Positions 19,341-30,600 of a stretch of 64,000 nt of DNA are shown here, one piece after another. This DNA comes from an uncultured delta proteobacterium (GTDB lineage: Bacteria; Myxococcota; Myxococcia; Myxococcales; Anaeromyxobacteraceae): assembly GCA_963814585.1 (NCBI GenBank), contig CAWFDF010000004.1:384001-448000 (forward strand), written 5' to 3'. The translations under genes were made by a program, and so were the position numbers. The notes beneath the pieces were generated by a model that worked only from the letters and a program-made list of their open reading frames with translations, was not told where the DNA came from and ran no database searches. Position 1 is the stretch's first letter. Each line of letters opens with the position of its first letter.

Positions 19341-19561
19341 CCAGGCCCCCCGGAGGGCGCGGCCGGCGCGGCCGGCGGCGCGGCGGACTCCTCGTCGGCC
19401 GGGTCGGGACCGGCGCCCAGGCCGCCGGGCTCCCCGGACGGCCGGAAGAGCGGGTGCGGCGGCGAACGATCCGGCGCTCCCGCGGCCCGCGGCGGGGCCT
19501 TCACGCCGCAGCCCGCCAGCACCACCAGCAGCGCCCCGGCGGCCCGCGCCCCGCGCGTCAC
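19337..19561 (-). CDS. Small lipoprotein, LptM/LppL-like
   Basis: GTG start overlaps the argH stop; lipobox LAGC followed by GVKAPP; lies between argH and lysA. Confidence 0.7.
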   Translation of the reverse strand: MTRGARAAGALLVVLAGCGVKAPPRAAGAPDRSPPHPLFRPSGEPGGLGAGPDPADEESAAPPAAPAAPSGGPG

Positions 19562-20958
19562 CTCCGGATCCCCAGCGCCCGCTCCCAGCGGCGCAGCTCG
19601 CCGGCCACCGCCTTCGGGCCGGGCGCCCCGGGGAGCTCGCGGCGCGAGAGCGAGCGGCGCGCGTCGAAGCAGCGGAGCACGTCGGCGTCGAAGCGCGGAT
19701 GGAGGGAGCGCCACTCGGCCGCGTCGAGGGCGGCCAGCGGCTTGCCGAGCCGGCCGGCCAGCCTGGCCGCGGCGCCGACCGCCTCGTGCGCCTCGCGGAA
19801 GGGGACGCCCCGCTCGACCAGGTACTCGGCGGCGTCGGTGGCCAGCGCCTCGCCGCCCCCCAGCGCCTCCTCCATCCGGCCGGCGTGGAAGGTGGCCGTC
19901 TCCACCGCGCCGGCCAGCGCGTCGGTGGTGAGGGCCAGCGCCTCCGGCCCGGAGAGCAGGGGCCGCTTGTCCTCCTGGAGGTCGCGGTTGTAGCTGAGCG
20001 GCAGGTTCTTGACGATGGAGAGCAGCGTCACCAGGTCGCCGATGGCGCGGCCGGCGCGGCCACGGGCCAGCTCGCCGACGTCGGGGTTCTTCTTCTGCGG
20101 CATCAGCGACGAGCCGGTGGCGAAGGCGTCGTCGAGGGTCATGAAGCCGAACTCGCGGGTGGTCCAGAGGACGATCTCCTCGCCGAGGCGGGAGAGGTGG
20201 ACGGCGGCCAGCGCCACCGCGAAGAGCAGCTCGATGGCGCTGTCGCGGTCGCTCACCGCGTCGAGCGAGTTCCGCGTCACCCCGGCGAGGCCGAGCGCCC
20301 TGGCCACCGCCTGGCGATCGAGCTTCAGCGTCGTGGCGGCCAGGGCCCCGGACCCGAGCGGCGAGACGGCGGCGCGGGCCCGCACCTCGGCGAGCCGCTG
20401 CCAATCCCGCCCCAGCATCTCCACGTGGGCGAGCAGGTGGTGGGCCAGCGAGACCGGCTGGGCCCGCTGCAGGTGGGTGTAGCCGGGGAGGATGGTGTCC
20501 TGGTGCCGGCGCGCCTGCCCGCAGAGGGCGCGCTGCAGCCTCGCCAGGGCCGCGTCGGTGCGCTCGCAGGCGCCGACGATGAAGAGCCGCTCGTCGAGCG
20601 CCACCTGATCGTTGCGGCTGCGCCCGGCGTGCAGGTACCCGGCGTCGGCGCCGGTCAGCTCGCCGAGCCGGCGCTCGACGTGGGTGTGGACGTCCTCGAG
20701 GGCCGGGTCGAAGCGGATGGTCCCGGCGGCGAACTCGGCGCGGACCTGCTCGAGCGCCTTCACCAGCCGCCGGGCCACGGCGGCCGGGACGATGCCCTGC
20801 CGCGCCAGCATGGTGACGTGGGCCTGCGAGCCGCGGATGTCCTCGGCGTAGAGGGCACCGTCGTCCTGGATGGAGACGGAGAGGGCCACCAGCCTCGGGT
20901 CGGCGTCGCCGGCGAGCGCGGCGCGGGAGACCGGCTTCGCCCTGTTCTTGCGGGTCAT
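19558..20958 (-). CDS. argH: Argininosuccinate lyase
   Basis: [36 protein letters not shown] and YNRDLQEDK motifs. Confidence 0.97.
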   Translation of the reverse strand: MTRKNRAKPVSRAALAGDADPRLVALSVSIQDDGALYAEDIRGSQAHVTMLARQGIVPAAVARRLVKALEQVRAEFAAGTIRFDPALEDVHTHVERRLGELTGADAGYLHAGRSRNDQVALDERLFIVGACERTDAALARLQRALCGQARRHQDTILPGYTHLQRAQPVSLAHHLLAHVEMLGRDWQRLAEVRARAAVSPLGSGALAATTLKLDRQAVARALGLAGVTRNSLDAVSDRDSAIELLFAVALAAVHLSRLGEEIVLWTTREFGFMTLDDAFATGSSLMPQKKNPDVGELARGRAGRAIGDLVTLLSIVKNLPLSYNRDLQEDKRPLLSGPEALALTTDALAGAVETATFHAGRMEEALGGGEALATDAAEYLVERGVPFREAHEAVGAAARLAGRLGKPLAALDAAEWRSLHPRFDADVLRCFDARRSLSRRELPGAPGPKAVAGELRRWERALGIRR

Positions 20959-21002
20959 TTCGACCGTGGACGCTACCACGGCCGGAGGCTCCGGGCGGCG
21001 CC

Positions 21003-22856
21003 CTAGAAGCGCGCCGCCAGGCCGAACCGGAGCGTCCAGGCCCGGGACAGGTTGCCGGCGCCGTCGAAGGCGGACAGCGGCTGGAAGACGCCGGCGGCGC
21101 CCCAGGCCGAGAAGCCCTCGTCGCTGGTGAGCGTCAGCTTGGTGTCGCCCTCGATGCCGAGCATGGTGCTGCCGCCGGTGCCGTTCTCCGGCACGGTGGA
21201 CGGGGTCGACGACTTGTTGAGCGTCTGGGAGAAGATGGCCGCGGCGTCCCAGGCCAGCCCGCCGACGATGTCGACGCGGATGCTCGGCTTGGCGTACCAG
21301 GCGTCGGTCACCTGCCCCATGATGTCGCGCCAGAAGATCAGGTCGGGCTGGTAGCCGGGGTTGAAGCGGAAGTTCTGGATGTCGTCGTCGCCGGTCGCCA
21401 GGTTGTACTGCGTCCCCTCGAAGACCGCCGCGTACGGCGCCTTGGTCTGGTCGGCGTTGGCCATCCAGGGACGGTTGCCGAAGCCCGGCGCCCCGTCGCC
21501 GGAGGCGATGGCCAGCTCGAGCCCGAGCGTCACCTTGTTGGGCGAGACCTGGTAGCTGGTGCGGAGCGCGGCGCCGTACTGCTTGGCCTGGATCGGCACC
21601 TCCTTGCCGTTGAGCGGCCTGGTCGTATCCGCCGTGCCGTATCCGGAGTCCATGGTCGGGTTGTTGACGTGGCCCTGGAGCCAGGTCCCCTCCAGCTCCG
21701 CGGTGAAGCGCGGCGACCGGTACCTCATCCAGAGGTCGACCTGGTGGTCGGTCTCGCCGCGGTTGACCACGTCGTCGGCCGTCACCGCGGGCGTCCCCAG
21801 GTGGGTGTCGAGCGGGAACTGGTCGGTGGCGCCGACGAAGACGTTGGACAGCGTGGTGTACTCGTAGAAGGCGCCGTAGTTGAAGCTCGACTCGCCGCGC
21901 CCCAGCTTGCGCCGCAGGTCGTCGGCGGTGTCGAGCTTGACCACCTTGAGGCCGAGCACGCGGCCGTTGCCCGAGGTCTCCAGGATGAAGGGCTGGCCGG
22001 ACCCGGTGCCGACGAGCGACGTCTTGGACCAGCGCGGGTCGCCCTGCAGCGGCCCGTTGGCGAAGAAGTCCAGGTAGGGGATGAAGGTGATGTTCCCGAG
22101 CACGGTGGCCACCGGCATGGTGGCGAACTGGATCCGGTCGGCGATGTTGCCGAAGTCGTCGTCGAGCCCGTCCTGCGCCGGGGCCACGATGCCGAGCCCC
22201 CAGACCGACGGCATGCGCCCGAAGGAGAGGAGGCCGACCGGCGTCTCCACCTCGCCCCAGGCCAGCTTCAGGTTGACGACCGGGCGGTCGGTCAGGACCG
22301 CGCCGCTGTAGGCCGCGCCGGCGTCGATGGGACGCGAGCCGAGCACGTAGTTGTCGAACAGGTCGATCTCGAACCGGACCCGCACCCGCTCCGAGGCGTT
22401 GAGCGTGGGCAGGAGCCGCAGCCGCATGTTGGCGCTGGTCATGGTGCTGCGGGGGTTGGGGGCGCCGTCCAGGTTCCCGGGGAGCACCGGCCCGGGGTAG
22501 ACGTAGTTGCCGGCGGGGCCGCCCGCGACGGTGTACCGGCCGCCGGCGTTGTCGGCGGCGCGGTGGAGGTCGTAGTTGTCCTTCAGGTCGCCACGGACGC
22601 GGAAGTAGCCGTCCAGCTCGACGTACTGCAGCCTCGGGCCCTGCGCCGTGGCGCCGGCGAACTCGGCGGTGGCCTGGGCGGTCTGGAGCTCCTGCCGGAC
22701 CTCCTCGCGCATCTCCTGCTTGGCCTTCTCCACCGCCTGCTTCACCAGCGCCTCCACCTGGGGGTCGACCGGCGCGTCCTTCCTCGGCTCGTCGGCGCGG
22801 GCGCCAGCGGCGAGCAGCAGGGCCGCGAGCGCGGCGATGGCGGTGGAGCGGGACAT
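21003..22856 (-). CDS. TIGR04551-like myxobacterial outer-membrane beta-barrel protein
   Basis: Signal peptide, [29 protein letters not shown] and NFRFNP.Y..DLI.WR motifs, C-terminal F; about 617 aa. Confidence 0.75.
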   Translation of the reverse strand: MSRSTAIAALAALLLAAGARADEPRKDAPVDPQVEALVKQAVEKAKQEMREEVRQELQTAQATAEFAGATAQGPRLQYVELDGYFRVRGDLKDNYDLHRAADNAGGRYTVAGGPAGNYVYPGPVLPGNLDGAPNPRSTMTSANMRLRLLPTLNASERVRVRFEIDLFDNYVLGSRPIDAGAAYSGAVLTDRPVVNLKLAWGEVETPVGLLSFGRMPSVWGLGIVAPAQDGLDDDFGNIADRIQFATMPVATVLGNITFIPYLDFFANGPLQGDPRWSKTSLVGTGSGQPFILETSGNGRVLGLKVVKLDTADDLRRKLGRGESSFNYGAFYEYTTLSNVFVGATDQFPLDTHLGTPAVTADDVVNRGETDHQVDLWMRYRSPRFTAELEGTWLQGHVNNPTMDSGYGTADTTRPLNGKEVPIQAKQYGAALRTSYQVSPNKVTLGLELAIASGDGAPGFGNRPWMANADQTKAPYAAVFEGTQYNLATGDDDIQNFRFNPGYQPDLIFWRDIMGQVTDAWYAKPSIRVDIVGGLAWDAAAIFSQTLNKSSTPSTVPENGTGGSTMLGIEGDTKLTLTSDEGFSAWGAAGVFQPLSAFDGAGNLSRAWTLRFGLAARF

Positions 22857-22923
22857 GGAGACCTCTCGAAGGTGGTCGGAAACGGGTCCATACACCACGG
22901 GGCCCGTGGACGGTCAAGACGCC

Positions 22924-23319
22924 TCAGCCCTGCTTCAGCTCCACCAGCACGCCCCGGCTTCCCCTGGGGTGCACGAAGGCCACCCTGGAGCCGCCGGCCC
23001 CGGCCCGCGGGACCTTGTCGAGCAGCGGGGCGCCGCCGGCCGAGAGGGCGTCCATGGACTGCTGGATGTCGGCCACGGCGAGGCAGACGTGGTGCAGCCC
23101 CTCCCCCTTCTCCTGGATCCGCCTGGCCAGCGGGCTCTCCGGATCGGTCGGGCAGACCAGCTCCAGCCGGCCCAGCCCGTGCCCGAAGATCGCGACCCGG
23201 ACCTTCTCGGAGGGCACCTCCTCGATCTCGTCGAGGTGGAGGCCGTAGACGTCGCGGTAGAGCTTCACCGCGGCGTCGAGGTCGGAGACGAGGATGGCGA
23301 CGTGGTCGAGTCCGGTCAT
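22924..23319 (-). CDS. mce: Methylmalonyl-CoA epimerase (VOC family)
   Basis: LDHVAI, GEGLHHVC and VAFVHPR...GVLVEL motifs. Confidence 0.88.
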   Translation of the reverse strand: MTGLDHVAILVSDLDAAVKLYRDVYGLHLDEIEEVPSEKVRVAIFGHGLGRLELVCPTDPESPLARRIQEKGEGLHHVCLAVADIQQSMDALSAGGAPLLDKVPRAGAGGSRVAFVHPRGSRGVLVELKQG

Positions 23320-23350
23320 GGGGCTCCAGGAGGGGTGGGGTTGGAGGGAG

Positions 23351-24877
23351 TCAGCGCTCCGGCTTCACCTCGACGCCCTCCACGCGGAGCGCGCCGAGCA
23401 GGCCGATGGCGTCGACCTGGGTGCCGGTGCCGAGGGCGACATGGGTGGCGTCGGCCACCGGCTGGCCGAAGGTCGGGTCGATGGCGATCCACTCGCCGGC
23501 CGACAGCACCTCGACCCAGGCGTGCCAGTAGAGCGCGTCCTTGGCGTCGGCGTAGCGGGCGTAGACCAGGCCGTGGACCTGCCGCGCCGGGATCCCCAGC
23601 GCGCGCGCCAGCGCCACCAGCAGGATCGAGTGCTCGGTGCAGTCTCCCTTGCCGGCGGCCAGCACGTCGCTGGCGCGGTCGTTGGACGCGCCGTAGGCCT
23701 TCTCCAGCCGGCGGTTGACCAGCTCCGAGAGGCGCAGCGCCGCGGCATACCTCCCCTTCACGTCGCCAGCCACCTCGGTCGCCAGCGCCACCACCGCCGG
23801 CGCGTCCGAGTCGACGGTGGGGTTGGGGGCCACCAGCTCCGGGTCGGGGCCGGGCGTCGTGCGTGGCGTGTCCCGGGCCGGATCGACGGCGGCCGGCAGC
23901 CGCGCCTTCACGGTGAGGAGCGTCGAGCCGTCCGCGCCGCTGACGAAGCCCTGGCGGGCGTCGGGCCGCCGGAAGGCGTCGGGGAGCCCCGCCAGCCGGT
24001 AGGTCACGGTGGCCGGCACCGTCCTGGGGAGCGGCCCGGGGAGCACCACCCGCGACATGGCGAAGAGGTCGATGGCCTCGAGCTTCCGCGCCGCCTCGGC
24101 GCTCTCGGGGCGGGCCACGATCGACCCGCCGATCCGGATCTCCACCACGCGGCCGTCGTCGGCCACCCGGTACTCGGTGGCCAGCCGATCGCCCACCTCG
24201 GCCTCCGAGACCACCGACACCTCGGCCTCGACGCCGGCGCCCGCCACCCGCTCCCGCTTCACGAACCGCTGCTCCAGCTCGCGCACCCGCAGCTTCTCCA
24301 GGTCGAGCTGCGGGCCCAGCACCGTGGCGCGCCGCGCCGCCGAGAGCCGGACCCCTTCGGCCTGGTCGAGGGTCTCGGCCACCAGCCCCAGCGGCCGCTC
24401 CTGCGGGGCGCCGGCGCCGGCGACGAGGCGGGCGGTGCAGCCGGACGGGGCGCACCGGCCGCTGACGGTCCGGTCCCCGCCGTCGCCGCTCCACTCGGCC
24501 CGGAAGGAGAGGAGGCGCCCGGCCGGCCTGGCCTCGTAGATCCGCTGCTCGATCACCTTCCGGGAGACGGTCTTGTCGCCCACGGTGGCGGAGAGGAGCG
24601 TCTCGCTGGTGGCCACCATCACGTCGCGGCCGTCGCGCGGCTCGCGCTTGAGCTCGGTGCGGGTCCAGCCGGCCTTCTTGCCCATCAGGTAGAGCCCGAA
24701 CCACTCCGCCCCAGCCGGGCGGCGCAGGGCCATGGCGTCGACGGTGGCGGGGGAGGTGGTGCGGGTGCCCGGCAGCGTCGGGCCCGGGGCCTGGGGGGCG
24801 TGGCGGGTCGCGGCCTCGGGGCAGGCGACGAGGCCCACGGCGAGGCCGAGGGCGGCGGCGAGGCGAGGGGCGCGCAT
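23351..24877 (-). CDS. Transglutaminase-like domain lipoprotein
   Basis: Lipobox LVAC; catalytic triad GDCTEH / HAWVEV / IDPT. Confidence 0.85.
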   Translation of the reverse strand: MRAPRLAAALGLAVGLVACPEAATRHAPQAPGPTLPGTRTTSPATVDAMALRRPAGAEWFGLYLMGKKAGWTRTELKREPRDGRDVMVATSETLLSATVGDKTVSRKVIEQRIYEARPAGRLLSFRAEWSGDGGDRTVSGRCAPSGCTARLVAGAGAPQERPLGLVAETLDQAEGVRLSAARRATVLGPQLDLEKLRVRELEQRFVKRERVAGAGVEAEVSVVSEAEVGDRLATEYRVADDGRVVEIRIGGSIVARPESAEAARKLEAIDLFAMSRVVLPGPLPRTVPATVTYRLAGLPDAFRRPDARQGFVSGADGSTLLTVKARLPAAVDPARDTPRTTPGPDPELVAPNPTVDSDAPAVVALATEVAGDVKGRYAAALRLSELVNRRLEKAYGASNDRASDVLAAGKGDCTEHSILLVALARALGIPARQVHGLVYARYADAKDALYWHAWVEVLSAGEWIAIDPTFGQPVADATHVALGTGTQVDAIGLLGALRVEGVEVKPER

Positions 24878-24904
24878 GCCGGGGTTGTACCAAATTCCGG
24901 CCGC

Positions 24905-24941
24905 GACGAGGCCGCCGGCCGCGGCGAGAGGATCGGTGCTC
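24905..24941. repeat. Partial (right-arm) copy of the structured dispersed repeat
   Basis: GACGAGGCCGCCGGCCGCGGCGAGAGGATCGGTGCTC matches the arms at ~9936-9972 and ~10836-10872. Confidence 0.75.
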
Positions 24942-24989
24942 CCGCGGGTCGGCTTGCATGCGAGGAGGCACTCACCGAGGATCGTGCCC

Positions 24990-25577
24990 ATGGGCCTGGT
25001 CTGGACCTTCCTGGTCGCCGCCGCCGTGGTCACCGCCGCCTTCACCGGCTCGGTGGCCGCGCTGACCAGCGCCATCGCCGAGTCGGCCGGCAAGGCGGTC
25101 AGCGTCTCGATCGGGCTGATCGGCGTCATGACGCTCTGGCTCGGGCTGATGCGGGTGGCCGAGGAGGCCGGGCTGGTCACGCAGGTGGCGCGGCTGGTGC
25201 GGCCGGTGATGCTCCGCCTCTTCCCCGAGGTGCCGCCGGGCCACCCGGCGCTGGGCTCCATGGTGCTCAACCTCTCCGCCAACCTGCTCGGCCTCGGGAA
25301 CGCCGCCACCCCGTTCGGCGTGCGGGCCATGCAGGAGCTGGAGACGCTCAACCCCCGACCGGGCGTGGCCACCGACGCCCAGGCCCTCTTCGCCGCCATG
25401 AACACCGCCTCCCTCCAGCTGGTGCCGGCCACCGTCATTGCCCTGCGCGCCGGGGCCGGCTCGCGCGCGCCGGCCGAGATCCTGGGCGCCACGCTGGTGG
25501 CCAGCGCCTGCGGCGTGGTGGTGGCGGTGGCCGTGGCGCGCCTGCTGGCCCGTCTCCACGTCGGTGACTCCGCGTGA
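24990..25577 (+). CDS. spmA: Spore maturation protein A-like (nucleoside recognition/Gate domain)
   Basis: LWLGLMRVAE, NLSANLLGLGNAATP.G and NTASLQLVP motifs. Confidence 0.9.
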   Translation: MGLVWTFLVAAAVVTAAFTGSVAALTSAIAESAGKAVSVSIGLIGVMTLWLGLMRVAEEAGLVTQVARLVRPVMLRLFPEVPPGHPALGSMVLNLSANLLGLGNAATPFGVRAMQELETLNPRPGVATDAQALFAAMNTASLQLVPATVIALRAGAGSRAPAEILGATLVASACGVVVAVAVARLLARLHVGDSA

Positions 25578-26110
25578 GGCTCGTGCTCGACGCCATCTCG
25601 GCGTGGGCCGTGCCGCTCCTGCTGGCCGGCATCCCGCTCTACGCCCTGGCCCGGAAGGTGAACGTCTACGCCGCCTTCCTGGAGGGGGCGAAGGGCGGCT
25701 TCGAGACCGGGGTGCGGATCGTACCGCCGCTGGTGGCGGTGCTGGTGGCGCTGGGGATGCTCCGCTCCTCGGGCGCGCTGGAGGCCGCGGCCCGGGCGCT
25801 GGCGCCCCTGCTCGACCCGCTCGGCATCCCGGCCAGCGTGCTGCCGCTGGTGGTGATCCGTCCGCTCTCGGGCGGGGCGGCGCTGGGCGTGGTGGGCGAC
25901 GTGCTGCGGGCCGAGGGGCCCGACTCCTACGCCGGCCGGCTGGCCTCGGTGATGTGCGGCTCCACCGAGACCACCTTCTACGTGCTGGCGGTCTACTTCG
26001 GCGCGGCCGGGATCACCCGCTACCGCCACGCCCTGCCCGCCGCCCTGCTGGCGGACCTGGCGGGCATGACGGCCGCGGTGGTGGTGGTGCGGCTGCTCTT
26101 CGGCGGGTGA
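25574..26110 (+). CDS. spmB: Spore maturation protein B-like
   Basis: VYAAFLEGAK.G, RPLSGG and GSTETTFYVLAVYFG motifs. Confidence 0.92.
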   Translation: MRLVLDAISAWAVPLLLAGIPLYALARKVNVYAAFLEGAKGGFETGVRIVPPLVAVLVALGMLRSSGALEAAARALAPLLDPLGIPASVLPLVVIRPLSGGAALGVVGDVLRAEGPDSYAGRLASVMCGSTETTFYVLAVYFGAAGITRYRHALPAALLADLAGMTAAVVVVRLLFGG

Positions 26111-26119
26111 CGCCCGGGG

Positions 26120-27406
26120 TCAGCCCTTCGTGCCCGGGTCGAAGGTGCCCGAGGCCCGCAGCACGCGCACCGCCGCCAGCTGCGCCTGGAGCGCCTCGGT
26201 GGCGTACTGGATCTCGGCGTTGCGCAGCGCCGAGGTGGCGTCGGCCTGCTCCACCGCGGTGGCGGCGCCGGCCTTGAAGGAGACGTCCACCAGCCGCTGG
26301 TTCTCGGCGGCCAGATCGCGCTGCTCCTTGGCCTTCCTGGTGTTGGCGCGCGCCGACTCGAGGTCGAGCAGCGCGCTGCGCACCTCGGCCTGGGCCCGGT
26401 TCTCCAGCGCTCGCCGGCTGAACTCGGCCTCGGCCATCTTGGCGCTGGTGTCGCGCAGCTCGGCCTCGCGCAGGCCGCCGTCGAGGATGGTCCAGTTGAG
26501 CGACAGGCCGACCGTCCAGGCCTCCTTGGCGCCGGTCAGGCCGGCTGGATCGGCATAGGTGGCGCGGCCGAAGGCGGCCACCGTCGGGAGGTAGCGCATG
26601 GCCGAGGAGCGGCGCAGCGAGGCGTAGACCCCCTCCTGGCTGCGGGCCGCCTTGAGGTCGAGCCGGTTGTCGAGCGCCGCCTGCTCCAGCCCGCTGGTGT
26701 CGGCCGGCAGCGGCGGCTCGACCGGCTCCACCACGTCGAAGTCGGGCTTGCGGTCGAGCAGCACGGCCAGCGCCAGCCGGGCCCCCTCGTAGTTGTTCCT
26801 GGCCCGGATCAGGTCCTGCTCGGCGCGGCTGAAGTCGATGTCGGCGCGGAGCCTGGCCACCTTGGCGATGGTGCCGGCCTTGTAGCGGACGGCAGCGTCC
26901 TTCGACTGCCGCTCGGCCATCTCCTGGAGCTGCTGGGCCACGTCGACCAGCCGCCTCATCGAGGCCACCATGTAGTAGGCCTGGGCCACGCCGAAGAGGA
27001 GGTCGCGGCGGGTGTTCTCCACGCCGTAGGTGGTGGCGTCCTCGGCCTGGTAGGCGCTCTGGATGGCGAACCAGAGCTGCGGCGCCAGCAGCACCTGGGT
27101 GGCCTGCGCCTGCCCGGCCAGCTGCGTCCGGGGCTGGATGGTGGCGGTGATGGTGCCACCGGCTCCGTCCGGCAGCTGGAACGCGGCGAGCCGGTCGTTC
27201 TGGTTCCAGGCCCCCGACACGCCGATCTGCAGCAGGTGGCCGCTCCAGGCCTTCCAGACGCTGGCCTTGGCCTGGGTCACCCTGGTCCGGGCCGCCTGCA
27301 GGTCGAGGTTGACCTCGTCGGCGCGGCGGAGCGCCTCCTGGAGGGTCAGTGTCTGCGGGGCCTGCGCCAGCGAGAGCGCCAGCAGGGCCGTGGTCAGGGT
27401 CGTCAT
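26120..27406 (-). CDS. TolC family outer-membrane efflux protein
   Basis: LTLQEAL..A...N, VAQAYY, two helical repeats and WTILDGG. Confidence 0.88.
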   Translation of the reverse strand: MTTLTTALLALSLAQAPQTLTLQEALRRADEVNLDLQAARTRVTQAKASVWKAWSGHLLQIGVSGAWNQNDRLAAFQLPDGAGGTITATIQPRTQLAGQAQATQVLLAPQLWFAIQSAYQAEDATTYGVENTRRDLLFGVAQAYYMVASMRRLVDVAQQLQEMAERQSKDAAVRYKAGTIAKVARLRADIDFSRAEQDLIRARNNYEGARLALAVLLDRKPDFDVVEPVEPPLPADTSGLEQAALDNRLDLKAARSQEGVYASLRRSSAMRYLPTVAAFGRATYADPAGLTGAKEAWTVGLSLNWTILDGGLREAELRDTSAKMAEAEFSRRALENRAQAEVRSALLDLESARANTRKAKEQRDLAAENQRLVDVSFKAGAATAVEQADATSALRNAEIQYATEALQAQLAAVRVLRASGTFDPGTKG

Positions 27407-27450
27407 GGGTTCTGCTCCTCCGAGAAGGCCGTCGGCTTCACCCGAGCCAT

Positions 27451-27520
27451 CCTTCGTCCGGCCGGATCGCGGTGCACCCGCAGTCCCTTCGTCCGGCCGG
27501 ATCGCGGTGCATCCGTAGTC
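27451..27520. repeat. 35-bp tandem direct repeat upstream of the TolC gene
   Basis: CCTTCGTCCGGCCGGATCGCGGTGCA[C/T]CCG[C/T]AGTC, two copies. Confidence 0.93.
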
Positions 27521-27652
27521 GCCGAGGCGGCCCCTGTCAAGCCGCCGGGCGGTGCGGGCGGGCGGGCCCGGCGGCTGGTGCCGCGCCCCAGGCAAGGTGC
27601 CTCTTGCGAGAAGACCGGCTCTCTCGTCACGTCGTCTTGCCTGGGCGCGGCC

Positions 27653-30600
27653 CTAGGGCGTCCCGCCCAGGTCCTCGACCTCCTTGCGGATGTCGTCGGC
27701 GTCGTCGGCGTCCGGCCTGAGCGCCAGGTAGGCCTTGAACTCGGCCACGGCGCGCGCCCTCGCGCCCTTCTCCTTGTAGGCGTGGCCCAGGTAGTAGTGC
27801 GGCATGGGGTTGGCCTTCTCGGCCACCGCCGCCTTCTCGTACCAGGGCAGGGCCGCCGCCGCCCCCTGGGTCTCGTGGAGCGCCCGGGCCAGCTTGTACG
27901 GCACCGAGACCTCGGCCGGATCGGCCTTGATCACCTCGCGGTAGAGCTTGACGGCCTCGGCCCCCTTGCGGTCCTTGAGGCGGCAGTCGGCCAGCTCCAC
28001 CTTGAAGCGCGAGACCTTCGGGGCGATGGCCAGCGCCTTCTCGAAGCATGGGATGGCCAGCTTGCAGTCGCCGTGGCCGGCATAGAGCAGCCCCAGCCGC
28101 TCCAGCGGGTCGGTGAACCTCGGGTCGGCGGCGGCCGCCACCTTGTAGGTCTCGGCCGCCTCCTCGGCGGCGTTGCTCCGCTCCAGGGCGATGCCGAGGT
28201 GGAGCTGGTACACGGCATTGCCGGGCTCCTGCTCCACGGCGCGGCGCAGGCGCGCCAGGGCGGGGGAGCTCCCCCTTGGCCAGCAGCGCCCGGCCCAGCC
28301 AGTGCTGCCCTTCCGCGAGGTTGGGGTCGAGGCCGGTCCCCAGCGTGAGCGCCTCGAGCGCCCCGGCCACGTCGCCGCGGAGCAGCTTCACCGCCCCCAG
28401 CCGGACCTGCGTCGGCGCGTCCCTGGGAGCCAGCTGTGCCGCGGCGGCGAAGCTCCCCTCGGCCCCTGCCAGGTCGCCGGCCTTCCACTGCAGGCTCCCG
28501 AGCGCCGCGTGGGCCCGGGCGTTGCGCGGCTCGAGCGCCAGCACCTTCTCCAGCCCGGCCCGGGCCGCGACCTCGTCGCCCCGGGCCTGCGCCAGCTGGG
28601 CCAGCCCCAGCTCGGCGCCGGCGTACTCGGGATCGAGCTGCAGCGCCGCCTGGTAGGCGGTCGCGGCGCCGGCCGCATCCCCCTGGGCCGCCCTCAGATC
28701 GCCCAGCGCCGCCTGCGCCGCCGGGTCGCGCGGCCCCTTCTCGACCGCGACGGCCAGCGCCGTCTCGGCGGCCGCCAGGTCCTTCTCGCCGAGCGCCAGC
28801 CGGCCGACGGCGACGCGCAGCGCCACGTCGCCCGGGGCCCTGGTCACGGCCTCCTCGTAGAGCTTCCGGGCCTCGGCGGGCTTGGCCTGGGCCTCCAGCA
28901 CCAGCCCCTTGGCCGCCAGCAGCTGCGGGTTTCCCGGTGATCGTGCCAGCGCGGCCTCCGCCAGCTGGGAGGCGTCGAGCACCCGCCCGGCCTCCGCCAG
29001 CGACCGGACCCGCAGCTCGGCCACCGCCGGATCTCCGGCGGCGGCGCCGGCCAGCGGCTCCAGCGCGGCGACCGCCGCGGCCGGATCACCGCGCTTCAGC
29101 CGGAGGCGGGCCAGCGCGAGCCGCAGCCCGGGCTGCCTGGGGTCGAGCGCCAGCGCGGCCTCGTAGGCCTCCGCGGCGGCGACCGCGGTGGCGGCCCGGC
29201 GCCCCAGCAGCGCGGCCTGGATCCCCAGCGCCCGGGCCCGCTCACCGGGGCCGAGGCGTGGCTCCGCGTCCTTGGCGAGCAGCGCCTCGAGCGCCTGGCC
29301 CACCGCCTCCGCCTCCCCGGCCGCCTCGGCCAGCGAGGCCTGCTCCAGCACCGTGGGGAGGTGGCCGGGCGACCGGGCCAGCGCCTTCTCGAACCAGCCG
29401 CGCGCGCCGGCGACGTCACCGCGAGCGGCGGCCGCCCGACCCAGCGCCCGGGCCGCCCGCGCCGTGCCAGGCTGCGCCGCCTCGAGCCGCTGGAAGAGGC
29501 CCTCCGCCCGGGCCGCGTCGCCGCGCAGCAGGGCCGCCTCACCCAGCAGGTCGAGCCCCTCGGGCGTGGGCCCGCCCTTCACCTTCTCCGCGGCCGCCTC
29601 GGCGGCCGCCAGCGCCGGACCCCCGTCGAGCGTGGCGACGGCCAGCGCCGCGAGCGCCGTGGCCGGGTCCTCCGGCTCCTTGGACACCAGGGCGCTGGTG
29701 AGCGTCCGGGCCTGCTGCGTGGCCGGCGCCGGGGCGGCGTGGCGCCGGTCGAGCGCCGCCACCGCCACGGCCTGGAGCGCGGCCACGGCCGTCTCGCGGT
29801 CATCGGCGCGCAGCGCCTGCTCGGCCGCGGCCAGCGCGGCCCGGTCCGAGAGCAGGTCGTCGCGGGAGAGCAGCTCGCGCGCCTGCGTCACCAGCTGGTC
29901 GACCCGGGCCTTCTCCCCCGAGCCGCGCAGCGCCTTGTAGAAGAAGAAGCCGTGCCGGGTGAGCACCCCCGTCGATCCGGCGCCGAGGACCAGCAGCACC
30001 ACGCCCGCCGCGATGGCCGCCTTGAACCAGCGCGGCCGGCTGGTGACCGCGGGCACCTCCCCGGTCACCTTGGCGGCCGCCATGCGATCGCCGAAGGGGA
30101 CGCCGGCCAGCGCGGCCGGCCGCCTCGGCTGCCCGCCCAGCTCGTCGGGCGTGCCGGTGAGCGTCCGCATCGCCTCGGCGAACTTCGGCACCGAGCCGAT
30201 CGGGTCCCACACCCCACCTCCGTCGGAGGAGATGTCCTCGTTGCCGAGCAACTCACCCTTGGTGACCATCGAGACGATCTGCTCCGCCTCGAACGGCCCG
30301 AAGACCCTGCCGGATCTCCGCCGCACCTTGTAGCCACCCGCGGCCGCGGCCGGGCCGGACGGGGTGGAGCGGACCGGCTCTCCGAAGAGCGGCTCGAGGT
30401 CACCGTCGCCCGCCGCCGGGGGCGAGGCGGGTGGCGGCGCCGCGCCGGGGGACGGCGGCGTGGCGGCCGGGATCGTGGGCGTCGAGAGCTCCAGCGAGGC
30501 GAAGGGATCGTCCTCCGGCGCCGGAACCGGGAACGGGTCGGACGGGGCCGGCGGGGCCTCGGCGGGCTCGGCGAAGTCCACCTCGCCGAAGCCGAGCGGC

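Noticed and set aside
24990..26110. spmAB as evidence of endospore formation
   Set aside because: SpmA/B homologues are widespread in non-sporulating bacteria.
27451..27520. Mini-CRISPR (35-bp repeat)
   Set aside because: The two copies are directly adjacent with no spacer.
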